This document shows, piece after piece, positions 1 to 9,549 of a DNA stretch of 64,000 nucleotides. Under the pieces are notes generated by a model. The model was not told where the DNA came from and searched no databases. It saw only the letters and a list, made by a program, of their open reading frames with translations. The DNA comes from Pirellulales bacterium (GTDB taxonomy: Bacteria; Planctomycetota; Planctomycetia; Pirellulales; UBA1268), in contig JAGYJY010000008.1 of NCBI GenBank assembly GCA_018401745.1, positions 31,699 to 95,698 of the forward strand. The letters are read 5' to 3'. Position numbers and translations under genes: made by a program. Each line of letters begins with the position of its first letter. The stretch's first letter is position 1.

Positions 1-396
1 CAGCTCGCCTCAACCCTCGCGAGCCTCAGGCATCTCACCGGCCACGGCCGGCTCGTGGCAGCGGTCGATACCAACGTCGCCGACGCCCTCGAAGGTGGTG
101 GGCGTCGCTCGAGGTTTAGCTCGCGGCTGCTGCGATGGTGCGACGACTGCATCCTCATACCCCAGCAGCTGAGCCGAAAAGCCACCGACGACAGCACCCG
201 TTTTCTTGCCGGCTTCGACCGTGCGCTCTCGCAGTTGGGTCGCGGAGACTGCCTGGTGGTCGTTGGCCACCACGACTGGGGATCCGATCCCGTCGATCCC
301 TCAGGCGAACGGATGTCGGCTCAGATGCTCACCGAAGGCTGGTTTCGGGTGGCCTGCCCGCCGGAATGGACCACCGACTGGCGACGGGCAGCCTGA
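1..396 (+). CDS. 3' end of an unidentified protein-coding gene (partial, runs off the window start)
   Basis: Frame +1 is open from base 1 to TGA at 394-396. Its third positions are strongly G/C-biased, unlike the overlapping minus ORF 10..273. It lies just upstream of murB, so a cell-wall gene is possible, but I recognised no motifs. Confidence 0.4.
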   Translation, partial: QLASTLASLRHLTGHGRLVAAVDTNVADALEGGGRRSRFSSRLLRWCDDCILIPQQLSRKATDDSTRFLAGFDRALSQLGRGDCLVVVGHHDWGSDPVDPSGERMSAQMLTEGWFRVACPPEWTTDWRRAA

Positions 397-523
397 CGAG
401 TGGAGTGGACGCAACCGCCCTGCGTCCGCACAATCATGCCAACCGCTCTCCAGCAGCATCCCCGCCCTGGGAGCGGATCGCAGACGGGAGCCCCTTGCGG
501 CAGACGACTCGGAAAGTGCCTCG

Positions 524-1459
524 ATGACAGACCCCACTTCACAGCATGGCGACGCCTCGCCAGACTCCTCCCCGGCTCTCCCGGGTTGTTTTGACGATCT
601 GGGATTGGCCGTGTCGACCGACGAACCGCTGGCCTGCCACACCTGGCTCGGGATCGGCGGAGCGGCCCGGTTTTTTTGTGAGCCTGTCGACGTGGGGGCA
701 CTCACGAAGATCGTTCGCCGCTGTCACCAACTCAGCATGCCGCTGCGGGTGATTGGCGGAGGCTCCAATGTGCTGATCGATTCGGCTGGCTTCGACGGGA
801 TGGTGGTGCGGCTGACCGGCCCAGAGTTTTGTGAGATCCGTGTTGACGGGTCTGCGATTCTGGCGGGCGGCGGTGCGAAACTCGTCCATGTTGTGACCGC
901 GGCTGTGCAGGCCGGCCTCACCGGGCTGGAGACGCTTGTCGGCATCCCCGGCACAATCGGCGGCGCCCTCGTCGGCAACGCGGGGGGCCGAGCCGGTGAT
1001 ATCAGTCAGCATGTCCGGGAAGTGACCGTGCTCACCCGCACAGGCGAGCTGGACGTTCGCAGCGGCAGCGACCTGAGCTTTGCGTCGCGATGGAGCAACC
1101 TCGACGACACGATCATCCTCAGCTGCCGGCTAGAACTGGAAGAGGAGCCGGCCGAAACGCTGACCAAACGAATGCAGAAGCAGTGGATCATGGAGCGGGC
1201 CGACCAGCCCTCCGGTGTCCGCACCGTGGCGATGATGTTTAAAGATCCACCGGGCAGTACCGCCGAGTCGCTGATCAGCCAGGCTGCCGCCAAGGAATGC
1301 GCTGTTGGCAACGCCGCCGTGGTCTCGTCGCACGCCAACTTTGTCGTCACGAAGCCGCAGTGCTCAAGCGATGACGTTCGCAGCCTGCTCGAACAGGTCC
1401 GCAGTCGGGTGCGAGACCGCCTCAGCGTGGACCTCGAGCCCCAGATCGAGGTCTGGTAA
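524..1459 (+). CDS. murB: UDP-N-acetylenolpyruvoylglucosamine reductase
   Basis: MurB-like sequence: LGIGGAARFF, RVIGGGSNVLI, GIPGTIGGALVGNAG. ATG at 524 chosen because the 106 upstream codons of ORF 206..1459 are R/P-rich and not protein-like. Confidence 0.9.
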   Translation: MTDPTSQHGDASPDSSPALPGCFDDLGLAVSTDEPLACHTWLGIGGAARFFCEPVDVGALTKIVRRCHQLSMPLRVIGGGSNVLIDSAGFDGMVVRLTGPEFCEIRVDGSAILAGGGAKLVHVVTAAVQAGLTGLETLVGIPGTIGGALVGNAGGRAGDISQHVREVTVLTRTGELDVRSGSDLSFASRWSNLDDTIILSCRLELEEEPAETLTKRMQKQWIMERADQPSGVRTVAMMFKDPPGSTAESLISQAAAKECAVGNAAVVSSHANFVVTKPQCSSDDVRSLLEQVRSRVRDRLSVDLEPQIEVW

Positions 1460-1461
1460 CG

Positions 1462-2391
1462 ATGCGACAGGCAGGTCGCCGACAGCCTGAGGCGGCAACC
1501 GAGCCCGCTGGCGGAGTGGGCTCCTTCGTCGTAGAGCGTCGCTCAGGCTTGGGTGTGCTCGCGGTGGCAATCGCTGCGATTGTCGCCGGAGGGTTTGCTT
1601 GGCAGCGGTTCGGCCCCGACGTGCGGCAGCAGCCGGAGTTTCTCCTGCGGCCTGAAAACGTGATCCTCACGGGGCAGCCCGACTGGGTGAACGTGGATAT
1701 CGCTGCCGAAGCCCTGCGAGACGCCAGCCTCGATGCCAGCCTTCCGCTGGATGACCCGGAGCTCGCCCGACGGCTCGCACGAGCGTTTGATGTGCATCCG
1801 TGGGTCCGCTCAGTGGATCGGGTGGAAGTGAAGAGTCCGGCCGCGGCGTTTGTCACGATCACCTGCCGGGAGCCTGTGGCGATGGTCCGCGTTCCGGGCG
1901 GCCTCCTGCCCGTCGACGGTGAGGGAGTCGTCCTGCCCAGCGATGGCTTCACGCCGGAGGAGGCTGCCAGTTATCCGGTCGTGGCTGGGGTCAGCTCACT
2001 CCCCCAAGGACCAGCGGGAGCGGCCTGGGGTGATCCCGTGGTCGAGCAGGCGGTGGCTGTTGTGGCCGTGACCCGTCCGGAGTGGCAGCCGCTGGACCTG
2101 GTGGAGTGCCGGCTGGTGACAGCGGGGCAGCATGGCAGCTGGGAGCTGGTCAATGCGAGCGGGATGGCCATCGCCTTCGGCAGTGCTCCGGGCCAGGAGC
2201 GTCGCGACGAGCAGGGCATGGCTGAAAAGATTGCCACGCTCAAGCAGCTCGCAACCGCTGGGCCAGTCTCCGAGCCCGTCGATCTCCGCGAGGTTTCGCC
2301 GCACCGCGAGGCGGCTGCCGCCCCGCCAAACGCAGCGGAGGCACCGGCCGACTCCGCAACAGCCGAGGAGCCGGGTCTCACCCTCCCGTGA
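1462..2391 (+). CDS. ftsQ: FtsQ-type POTRA domain cell-division protein
   Basis: N-terminal TM helix (GLGVLAVAIAAIVAGGFAW) followed by an FtsQ-like pattern (VILTGQP...VDIAAEAL...FDVHPWVRSVDRVEVKSPAAAFVTITCREPVAMV). ATG lies 3 nt after the murB stop. Confidence 0.6.
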   Translation: MRQAGRRQPEAATEPAGGVGSFVVERRSGLGVLAVAIAAIVAGGFAWQRFGPDVRQQPEFLLRPENVILTGQPDWVNVDIAAEALRDASLDASLPLDDPELARRLARAFDVHPWVRSVDRVEVKSPAAAFVTITCREPVAMVRVPGGLLPVDGEGVVLPSDGFTPEEAASYPVVAGVSSLPQGPAGAAWGDPVVEQAVAVVAVTRPEWQPLDLVECRLVTAGQHGSWELVNASGMAIAFGSAPGQERRDEQGMAEKIATLKQLATAGPVSEPVDLREVSPHREAAAAPPNAAEAPADSATAEEPGLTLP

Positions 2392-2953
2392 TCAGGCCGC
2401 GGACCTCGCGAAACCGCTCGTGGTCGGCACCGCGGCACCACTCAAAGAGCAGCGCCTCGCTGGTGGTGACCACCGCTCCGGAACACTCCAGGCGTCGGAG
2501 GGCGGTCTCATGGTCGATGGCACACCGACTGGCCACTGCATCGACCACCACAAACACCACAAGCCCCCGGGCCAGCAGGTCGAGGGCTGTCTGCAGAATG
2601 CAGACGTGCGTCTCAAGCCCGGCAAGAACGACCGACTCGATGCCGCCTCCCGGCTCGACCGCCAGGCATCCGCACCCAGCAGCGCTAAAGGCCAGCTTCT
2701 CTTCCGCAGGTGGCATGCAGGCGGCCACGCTCGGCAGCGAAGGGCCGAGCCCTTTGGGATACTGCTCCGTCAGCACGCGACGAACGCCAAGCATCTCAGC
2801 AGCCCGCGCCAGGCGAACGGTCCGCTCGACAACGGCCTCACATCCGGGCACCACCCTGGCGAGCCGTTCCTGGATGTCGATCACCGCCAGCAGTGTGGAT
2901 TCAGGCTGACTTCGCACGCGCCGCCTCCTTGGCAAACTCCGGCAGCGAGGCAC
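2378..2953 (-). CDS. Isochorismatase-family cysteine hydrolase
   Basis: TLLAVIDIQERL start motif, GLETHVCILQTALDL catalytic-Cys region, about 190 aa as typical for the family. Confidence 0.8.
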   Translation of the reverse strand: MPRCRSLPRRRRVRSQPESTLLAVIDIQERLARVVPGCEAVVERTVRLARAAEMLGVRRVLTEQYPKGLGPSLPSVAACMPPAEEKLAFSAAGCGCLAVEPGGGIESVVLAGLETHVCILQTALDLLARGLVVFVVVDAVASRCAIDHETALRRLECSGAVVTTSEALLFEWCRGADHERFREVRGLITGG

Positions 2954-3072
2954 ACCGCCCGCCGACCGGCCGCCAGGAGTCTACCTGCCCACGGCGAGAC
3001 TGCCCCAGCCGGGGCCACTCTGGCCTGTTTTCCCCATTGCCGCAGAGGCGTTTGGCTGGGTACACACATGCC

Positions 3073-3852
3073 ATGTCTCGCTCCCCAGATCGCCTGAGCG
3101 TCTCCCGCCTCAACCGCCAGCGGCGGTTGGTCTGCGATGTGGTATCGGCGGCCCGACGCGTGCCGTTTTTTCCCGTGGAGCGGCTGATCGCCTTGCACGA
3201 GCTTGCTGCCGCCCGGGCTGCGGCCGCTTCGCGAATCGGCTGGGCCGCGATCTTCGTGAAGGCCTACGCCATCGTCGCCCGCGACATGCCGCCGCTCCGC
3301 AGCTGGTATGTGCCGGGCTTCTGGCCACGGCAAGCCACGAGCGGTGAGAGCGTGGCCACCCTCTCGATCAACCGTTCGATCGATGGAGCCGATCTGCTCT
3401 TCTGGGCCCAGCTTCCGTCGCCAGACCGGCAGCCACTCACGGAGCTGCAGGCGGCCATCGAGCACCGCACAACCGCCCCCGTAGACGAGGTCTTTCGCCG
3501 GCAGCAGGAGCTGGCCCGGCTGCCCGGCTGGCTGCGGCGAAGCGTGCTGTGGTGGAACCTGCACTCAACTTCTCGCAAGCGGCCCAAGCGGATGGGAACC
3601 TTCAGCGTGTCCACCCTCGCGAGCCACGCCGCCTTCAACCGGTTTCATCCAAGCCCCCTGACGACGAGCCTGACGTATGGGCCGCTCGACGACCAAGGCC
3701 GGAGCCTTGTCACGATCCTGGCCGACCACAGGCTGCTCGACGGTGTGCCCGTGGCCAAGGCGCTGGCACGGCTTGAGGAGGTGCTGCACACCGACATCGC
3801 CAGCGAGCTCGCGTCGGTCGCTGCGGCGAGGGTGGGCCGCACGGCAGCCTGA
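3073..3852 (+). CDS. Stand-alone acyltransferase with a 2-oxoacid dehydrogenase E2 catalytic-domain-like fold
   Basis: C-terminal DHRLLDG (DHRxxDG) active-site motif and AAIFVKAYA region; no lipoyl domain. ATG at 3073 chosen; the upstream part of ORF 2710..3852 is antisense to the isochorismatase gene. Confidence 0.6.
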   Translation: MSRSPDRLSVSRLNRQRRLVCDVVSAARRVPFFPVERLIALHELAAARAAAASRIGWAAIFVKAYAIVARDMPPLRSWYVPGFWPRQATSGESVATLSINRSIDGADLLFWAQLPSPDRQPLTELQAAIEHRTTAPVDEVFRRQQELARLPGWLRRSVLWWNLHSTSRKRPKRMGTFSVSTLASHAAFNRFHPSPLTTSLTYGPLDDQGRSLVTILADHRLLDGVPVAKALARLEEVLHTDIASELASVAAARVGRTAA

Positions 3853-3923
3853 ACGCACGGCTGCGGCGGCGGACGTGTGCCACAGTCTGCGAGCGGCCAG
3901 CAAGAAGCCGAGCCGTGTGGCCT

Positions 3924-4454
3924 TCAGCCGCTGCCCGCCGCAGCAGCCATTGCCGCCTGGTGGAGGGCGGGGCAGGTCGCCTCCAGATGGAGCCTCCGCG
4001 ATGAGATCCCGGTGATCTCGATCTGGATGCCGAGCCGTTCGTCAGGCAGGGCTGCAGCGATTCGCTCGGGCCACTCCACGGCCAGCCAGCCCTCGCCTGC
4101 CAGGATCTCTTCCCAACCGATCGTGGCCAGATCGTCGATACCTGTGAGGCGATACGCGTCGATATGGACCAGTCGTGATGGCTGCTGGCTGCCAACAGCC
4201 CCCGGCGGCACCTCGTGGACATGCACGAGGGTAAAGGTCGGGCTGGTCACATCTGATGGGTCGATCCCGACAGCTGCCGCGAGCTTCTTCACAAAGGTCG
4301 TCTTGCCAGCGCCCAGGTCGCCCTCGATGGCAAGCATCGCCCGCGGAGGCAGGGCCGCCGCCAGACGCATGGCAAACCTGGCGAGAGCTACCTCGTCAGC
4401 GCAGCTGACAACGGCGCTCGCGGGCCGCTCCCCCGTTGAGTCAGGTGAACGCAT
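3924..4454 (-). CDS. tsaE: tRNA threonylcarbamoyladenosine biosynthesis ATPase TsaE
   Basis: LAIEGDLGAGKTTFVK P-loop, SPTFTLVH, HIDAYRL motifs. Start at the internal ATG (4454) overlaps the thiL stop by 14 nt. Confidence 0.8.
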   Translation of the reverse strand: MRSPDSTGERPASAVVSCADEVALARFAMRLAAALPPRAMLAIEGDLGAGKTTFVKKLAAAVGIDPSDVTSPTFTLVHVHEVPPGAVGSQQPSRLVHIDAYRLTGIDDLATIGWEEILAGEGWLAVEWPERIAAALPDERLGIQIEITGISSRRLHLEATCPALHQAAMAAAAGSG

Positions 4455-5391
4455 GCTGATACCCGGAGGGAGGCAGGGGCGTGCGGCGGCCGTCTTCTGA
4501 AACGGCCACCAGGCCGCGATCGGCAACGACGCGTCCGATCGCCGTCAGGGGCGTGCCCGGCCAGCCTGCGAGACGCCCAGTTGCGATCGCACCCAGAAGC
4601 CGCTCCGCGTCGTCGGCAGCCAGACTGATCAACAGTTCGAAATCTTCGCCATCGCCCAGCGCCCGCATCAGGGGTGTGCCGCCGCTGGGATCGAGTTTCG
4701 CGGCTGTCACCGCATCGGCATGGATGGGCACCGCTGCCAGATCCACCTCGGCTCCACATCCACTGGCCTGCATCATCCTCGAGAGATCGAGGGCGAGGCC
4801 GTCGCTGATATCGATCGCCCCGTGCACAGCGACCGTGTCGGCGATCAGCCTGGCCTCGTTCACACGCGGCTCCACGGCGAGATGCCTGCCCGCCAGGCTC
4901 CCGCCCACCGCACCCGTGACGAGCACCACGTCCCCCACCCGACAGCCATCCCGCCTCCAGAGGCGGCCCGCCGCGACGCTCCCAAGCAACGCCACATTGA
5001 CCGCCAACGGCCCATCCCAGGAGGTGGTGTCGCCGCCGACGAGGGCGACGTCGAACCGCGTCGCGATTGCCAGCATCCCCTCCAAGAGCGCCTCTCCAAC
5101 GCTCTGCCCACCACTGCGTGGCAGCGAGACCGAGACCACGGCCGCTTCCGGACGACTGGCCATCGCCGCGAGATCGCTGAGGTTGACGGCGATCGCTTTG
5201 TGCCCCACCGCCCTCGGGTCGTAGTCGGGGGCTGACGGAAAGTGCACTCCCTCGCAGAGCATGTCGGTGCAGAACACGGTGCGTCGGCCCGCAGGCGGCC
5301 TAAGCACGGCCGCATCGTCGCCGTTGGGCACATCCAGCCGCGGGTCGGCAGCGAGCTTCGCCACCAGCCAGTCGATCAGCTGCTGCTCCAC
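4441..5391 (-). CDS. thiL: Thiamine-monophosphate kinase
   Basis: GDDAAVL, DMLCEGVHF and DISDGL motifs of the AIR-synthase-related ThiL family. GTG start at 5391. Confidence 0.85.
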   Translation of the reverse strand: MEQQLIDWLVAKLAADPRLDVPNGDDAAVLRPPAGRRTVFCTDMLCEGVHFPSAPDYDPRAVGHKAIAVNLSDLAAMASRPEAAVVSVSLPRSGGQSVGEALLEGMLAIATRFDVALVGGDTTSWDGPLAVNVALLGSVAAGRLWRRDGCRVGDVVLVTGAVGGSLAGRHLAVEPRVNEARLIADTVAVHGAIDISDGLALDLSRMMQASGCGAEVDLAAVPIHADAVTAAKLDPSGGTPLMRALGDGEDFELLISLAADDAERLLGAIATGRLAGWPGTPLTAIGRVVADRGLVAVSEDGRRTPLPPSGYQHAFT

Positions 5392-5442
5392 AAACCCTCC
5401 CGGCGTTGACCGTCTGCAACTGGTTAAACCGCAGCTGCAAAT

Positions 5443-6795
5443 CTACCGCCGGATGGTGTCCCATGTCAGGTGGCCGAAGAGGGTCTCGCGGCCTCGCAAG
5501 ACGTAGAACTTCAGCGGGCCAAACCGCTCCTGCTGCGCTCGATCGAGCACGTAGGTCACGTTTTCTGGCCGGATCGTCTCCCAGACATGCAGGCCCACCA
5601 GGATGTCTCCGGCCTGAATCCCCTGCTCATCGGCAGGCCCACCAGCCCGCACCTCAACAACCTCGAGCCCTCCCCGGTAGCGGTTCTGCAGCTGCCGAAC
5701 CCGCATCGCCGCCATCGCCTCAACCCGCAGGCCCAGCTCTCGCCAGCAGCGTTCATCAGGGGAGACGGCATCGGACCGCAGCTCCGCCAACGGCAGCTCG
5801 ATCTGCTCGTGGCCTTCGGCACGAACCACCTCCACGTTGACCCGCTCGCCAGCCTTACGGCCGAGCAGGGCCCGCTCAATGTCGAGCTGGCTAGCCACCA
5901 TCGCATTGCCGATCCTGACGATCCGGTCGCCAGCACGCACGCCAACCTGCTCCGCGGGGCTGGCCCGATGCACTGTGGTGACCACCGCGCCCCCCTGCAG
6001 GTCGCGGCGAGCCACGATGCCATGCCAGGTGTGGTCGAGCCGCTCCACCGAGAGCAGCTCCGAGACCACTTCCAGCACCTTGTCGACAGGGATCGCAAAG
6101 CCGATCCCCTGGGCTCCGGCCCGCACGGCCACATTGACGCCGATCATCTCCCCGTCAATGTTCAGCAGCGGTCCGCCAGAGTTGCCAGGATTGATGCTCG
6201 CGTCGGTCTGGATCAGATCGTCATACCGCTGCGTCCGGCTCACCTCGACCGATCGGTGCAGGGCCGAAATGATCCCCCTGGTCACCGTGTGCTCGTATCC
6301 GTAGGCATTGCCCAGCGCCAGCACGGTCTCCCCAATCATCAGATCGCTCGACGTGCCGATCCGAACGACCTGGAGCTGGTGCGGCGGACTGATTTTGATG
6401 ATGGCGAGGTCTGTGCGGAGGTCGTGCGAGATGAGGGTGGCGGAGGTGGTCGCCCCGCTCGCGAGCGTGACCTCAATCCGCTCCACGCCCTCGACGACGT
6501 GGTAGTTGGTGACGACATAGCCGCGGCTATCGATCACAGCGCCTGTGCCCATGCCGTTGACGCGTTTGGGCTCATCCCCTTCGCTTGAGATCAGTTTCTG
6601 GCCGTGGATGTTGACGACCGCATCCCGCTGCGACGCGATCGCATCCACGATCGCCGTGCGGCGGGATTCCGCGGCGACAGCCACCGGCTGCAGCACGCAG
6701 CACGCCAGGCCCAGGAGCATCGCGTTCACCATCGTGGCACGAACGCTCGCGACCCGACGGGCGAGTCGCGCAGGGAAGGGCTGACGTCGCGGCAT
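5443..6795 (-). CDS. HtrA/DegP-family periplasmic serine protease with PDZ domains
   Basis: Catalytic triad context: VVTNYHVV (His), DLAIIKI (Asp), TDASINPGNSGGPLLN (Ser). Two PDZ-like regions follow. Signal-like N-terminus from ATG 6795 (alternative upstream start at 6855). Confidence 0.85.
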   Translation of the reverse strand: MPRRQPFPARLARRVASVRATMVNAMLLGLACCVLQPVAVAAESRRTAIVDAIASQRDAVVNIHGQKLISSEGDEPKRVNGMGTGAVIDSRGYVVTNYHVVEGVERIEVTLASGATTSATLISHDLRTDLAIIKISPPHQLQVVRIGTSSDLMIGETVLALGNAYGYEHTVTRGIISALHRSVEVSRTQRYDDLIQTDASINPGNSGGPLLNIDGEMIGVNVAVRAGAQGIGFAIPVDKVLEVVSELLSVERLDHTWHGIVARRDLQGGAVVTTVHRASPAEQVGVRAGDRIVRIGNAMVASQLDIERALLGRKAGERVNVEVVRAEGHEQIELPLAELRSDAVSPDERCWRELGLRVEAMAAMRVRQLQNRYRGGLEVVEVRAGGPADEQGIQAGDILVGLHVWETIRPENVTYVLDRAQQERFGPLKFYVLRGRETLFGHLTWDTIRR

Positions 6796-6972
6796 GGCAG
6801 GCAGATTCTTTGTCGGGGAGCAGAGCCACGGGGCGACCCGTGGCCCCCAACACAAGAATCGGACCAGACGGCTGGCGATATCACCGGGGGGGACGCCGAG
6901 CGGGAGAAATTGCCCACTCCCCCCGACCCACCCGCCTTCCGGCCGGCACGCTGAAACGCCAGCTATTTTTTG

Positions 6973-8178
6973 TCAGCTCGGCCTCTGCACGAGCAGGGGA
7001 AGCAGCTGCAGCGCGAGGAAGCCAGTGAGGGCCGCCAGCACAACAAACGGCCAGACCGACATCAGCTGCTCACCCAAGGCCCAGCCAGCCTCGTGGGCGA
7101 TTCCTCCGATCACCGTGGCCACCACGAGGATCAGCAGCCCCACCAGCACAAGGCCGCAGCCGAACGACGCCATCGTGCCCTTGAAGGTTCCCATTTCGGA
7201 AAACTCTTCCTGATGCAGGTCGATGGCTCTGCCGCGGGCGAGGCTGCGGGGCACCGTCTCGGCGAGTTCGATCGCACGGGCGGCATCCGCCCAGGCAGCC
7301 GGGGGGGGCAGGGAAGCCTGCGATTTCACGGCAGCACCTCCGCAGGCCAGCCTCTCACAGAGGGTTTTGAGCATCACCTCACCGCCGTCAAAGGGCAGGG
7401 CCTCCTCCACGCCTTCCAGGTCCTGCCACGTCCAGACGGCGGGGCCCGCTGTGCTCTCGGGCATGGTCACGCGAATCTGGCCGGCTTCGCCGACGAGCGT
7501 CAGTTCTGCCGCTGGCATGTCGCCGCGAGCGACCTGCCAGCGAGCCGGAACCTGGGCCTCACCGCCAAACTCCACCGTCAGCGAGGCATAGGCGGCATCG
7601 GTGGAAACGCCGGCGAGCGTGGAGAGCCGCTGCGGGTCGCCGATCAGCAGCCGCACGAGGTCGGCATCACGAGCCAGCCAGGCAAGCACATGCTCCTTTG
7701 ACCGCAGCGGCAGCCGTCGCACAAGACCGATCGACTCCAGGCGGCCCAGCCCCCCCACGCCCACGAGCCCACCTTCAACGGCATCCACCAGTCTCTTCAT
7801 CAGCGGATGCTGACGGTCGGGCAAGAAGGGCACCAGCGGGCCGCCCACGTCGGCACGAATCATGTCGAGTTCGTAGGCAAGGAGCATCGACAGGGTCAGC
7901 GGCTGTGAAATCACCAGCGGACGTCCGGCCTGCACAAGGTGGCGGAGCCCTGCGGTGCGGGCATCGTCCCAGGCCTCAGCCCCGACGAGGATCGCATCAC
8001 AGGCCTGTTCGTCAACGAGCGCCTCCCACGAGTCCGCAGTTGCCACGGCTCCGCCACAGGCCTGAGCCCCACCGTCCGCGGGCAGAAAGCAGCCCGGACC
8101 GATCCGCATGCCCTCGCGGCAGGCCGCGCGAACGATCGCTTCCACCTGCGAATCCCAGCCATACACTCCAAGTTTCAT
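6973..8178 (-). CDS. Hypothetical membrane-anchored protein with a Gfo/Idh/MocA-like N-terminal region
   Basis: Starts MKLGVYGWDSQ, like oxidoreductase N-termini but without a clear GxGxxG. Two C-terminal hydrophobic helices (FGCGLVLVGLLILVVATVIGGI, VWPFVVLAALTGFLALQLLPLL). Confidence 0.55.
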   Translation of the reverse strand: MKLGVYGWDSQVEAIVRAACREGMRIGPGCFLPADGGAQACGGAVATADSWEALVDEQACDAILVGAEAWDDARTAGLRHLVQAGRPLVISQPLTLSMLLAYELDMIRADVGGPLVPFLPDRQHPLMKRLVDAVEGGLVGVGGLGRLESIGLVRRLPLRSKEHVLAWLARDADLVRLLIGDPQRLSTLAGVSTDAAYASLTVEFGGEAQVPARWQVARGDMPAAELTLVGEAGQIRVTMPESTAGPAVWTWQDLEGVEEALPFDGGEVMLKTLCERLACGGAAVKSQASLPPPAAWADAARAIELAETVPRSLARGRAIDLHQEEFSEMGTFKGTMASFGCGLVLVGLLILVVATVIGGIAHEAGWALGEQLMSVWPFVVLAALTGFLALQLLPLLVQRPS

Positions 8179-8346
8179 GGTGGCATTGTCTGCCGATGCA
8201 GACAGCATGACCAGTAGCGAAAGAGACAGGGGGGCAGCAGCCACGGCTCCATCCCCCGCCGCCGAGGCCACGGCTCCACCGGAGGCCTTCGCCGGCTATG
8301 GTAGAGCGAACGAGGGGATCAGCGAGGCACGCGGGAGACACACGGC

Positions 8347-9549
8347 ATGAAGGCCGAAATCATCGCCATTGGTGACGAACTGACAACCGGCCAGCGGCTT
8401 GATACCAACAGCCGCTGGCTCTCCCGCGAGCTGGGACTGCTCGGCATGCGGGTGACGGGCCACACAACGGTGCCCGATACCATCGAGGATGGCGTGCGGG
8501 CCTTCCGAGAGGCGCGGATGCGAGCCGATGTGGTGGTGGCAACCGGTGGCCTCGGGCCGACCGCCGACGACCTCACCCGTGAGGTGCTCGCCCAGGTGGC
8601 CGACGAGCCCCTGGAACTCGTGCCCGAGGCGCTCGCAGCGATCGAAGCGATGTTTGCTTCCCGCGGCCGCCCGATGGCCGACAGCAACCGGCTGCAGGCC
8701 ATGCTGCCCCACACGGCGTCGATGATCCCCAATCCGACCGGCACTGCGCCCGGTATCGATCTGCCGGCATCGCCTGGGCCGGCGTCGCTGGGCCGGGTGT
8801 TCGCCCTTCCTGGTGTTCCGTCCGAGATGTACCGCATGTGGGACGACACGGTTCGGTCGGCCATCCTGGCCATGGCTCCGCAGGGCGGCACCATGCGATT
8901 CCGCGTGCTGAAGTGCTTCGGTGCGGGGGAGAGTGCCATCGAAGCGATGCTCCCCGACCTGGTTCGCCGCGGTCGCGATCCTCTTGTTGGTATCACCGCC
9001 CACGAGGCCACGATCACCCTGCGGATCGCCGCCCATGGCCCGAACGAGGCCGCCTGCCTGGCAGCGATCGCCCCAGTCGAAGCCACCATCCGTGCGTGCC
9101 TTGGCGACCTCGTGTTTGGCGAGGAAGAGGACGAACTTGAGGATGCCGCCGCACGGGCCTGCCAGACTCGCGATCTGCGGGTGGCCGTCTGCGAGGGTGG
9201 CACCGTCGGCCGCGTGGCGATGCTGCTTGCCGACGCGGACCATCGCCAGCAGGCCAGGGTGTTTCGCGGCTCACGCCTGCTCGGCACCGGTGATGCCGGG
9301 ATCGATGTTGTGGAGATGGCCGAAGCCTGCCGCCGCGAGCTGCAGGCCACCGCCGCGGTGGCTGTGGGACACGTGCGGAGCGATGCCGAGGGCCGCGAGT
9401 GGCTGCCGATGGCGGTCGTCGGACCCCACGACACCTGCCGGCATGACCATCTGCTGGGTGGCGGAGGATCGCTGCGGCACTCGCGAGCGGCCAAAACAGC
9501 GCTCGACCTGCTCAGGCGACTGGCCGCCGGGCTGCCTCCGGTCGACTGA
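8347..9549 (+). CDS. cinA: CinA-family competence/damage-inducible protein (MoCF-binding domain plus PncC-like domain)
   Basis: MKAEIIAIGDELTTGQRLDTNSRWLS is the canonical CinA N-terminus. The C-terminal half matches the nicotinamide-nucleotide amidase domain layout. Confidence 0.85.
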   Translation: MKAEIIAIGDELTTGQRLDTNSRWLSRELGLLGMRVTGHTTVPDTIEDGVRAFREARMRADVVVATGGLGPTADDLTREVLAQVADEPLELVPEALAAIEAMFASRGRPMADSNRLQAMLPHTASMIPNPTGTAPGIDLPASPGPASLGRVFALPGVPSEMYRMWDDTVRSAILAMAPQGGTMRFRVLKCFGAGESAIEAMLPDLVRRGRDPLVGITAHEATITLRIAAHGPNEAACLAAIAPVEATIRACLGDLVFGEEEDELEDAAARACQTRDLRVAVCEGGTVGRVAMLLADADHRQQARVFRGSRLLGTGDAGIDVVEMAEACRRELQATAAVAVGHVRSDAEGREWLPMAVVGPHDTCRHDHLLGGGGSLRHSRAAKTALDLLRRLAAGLPPVD

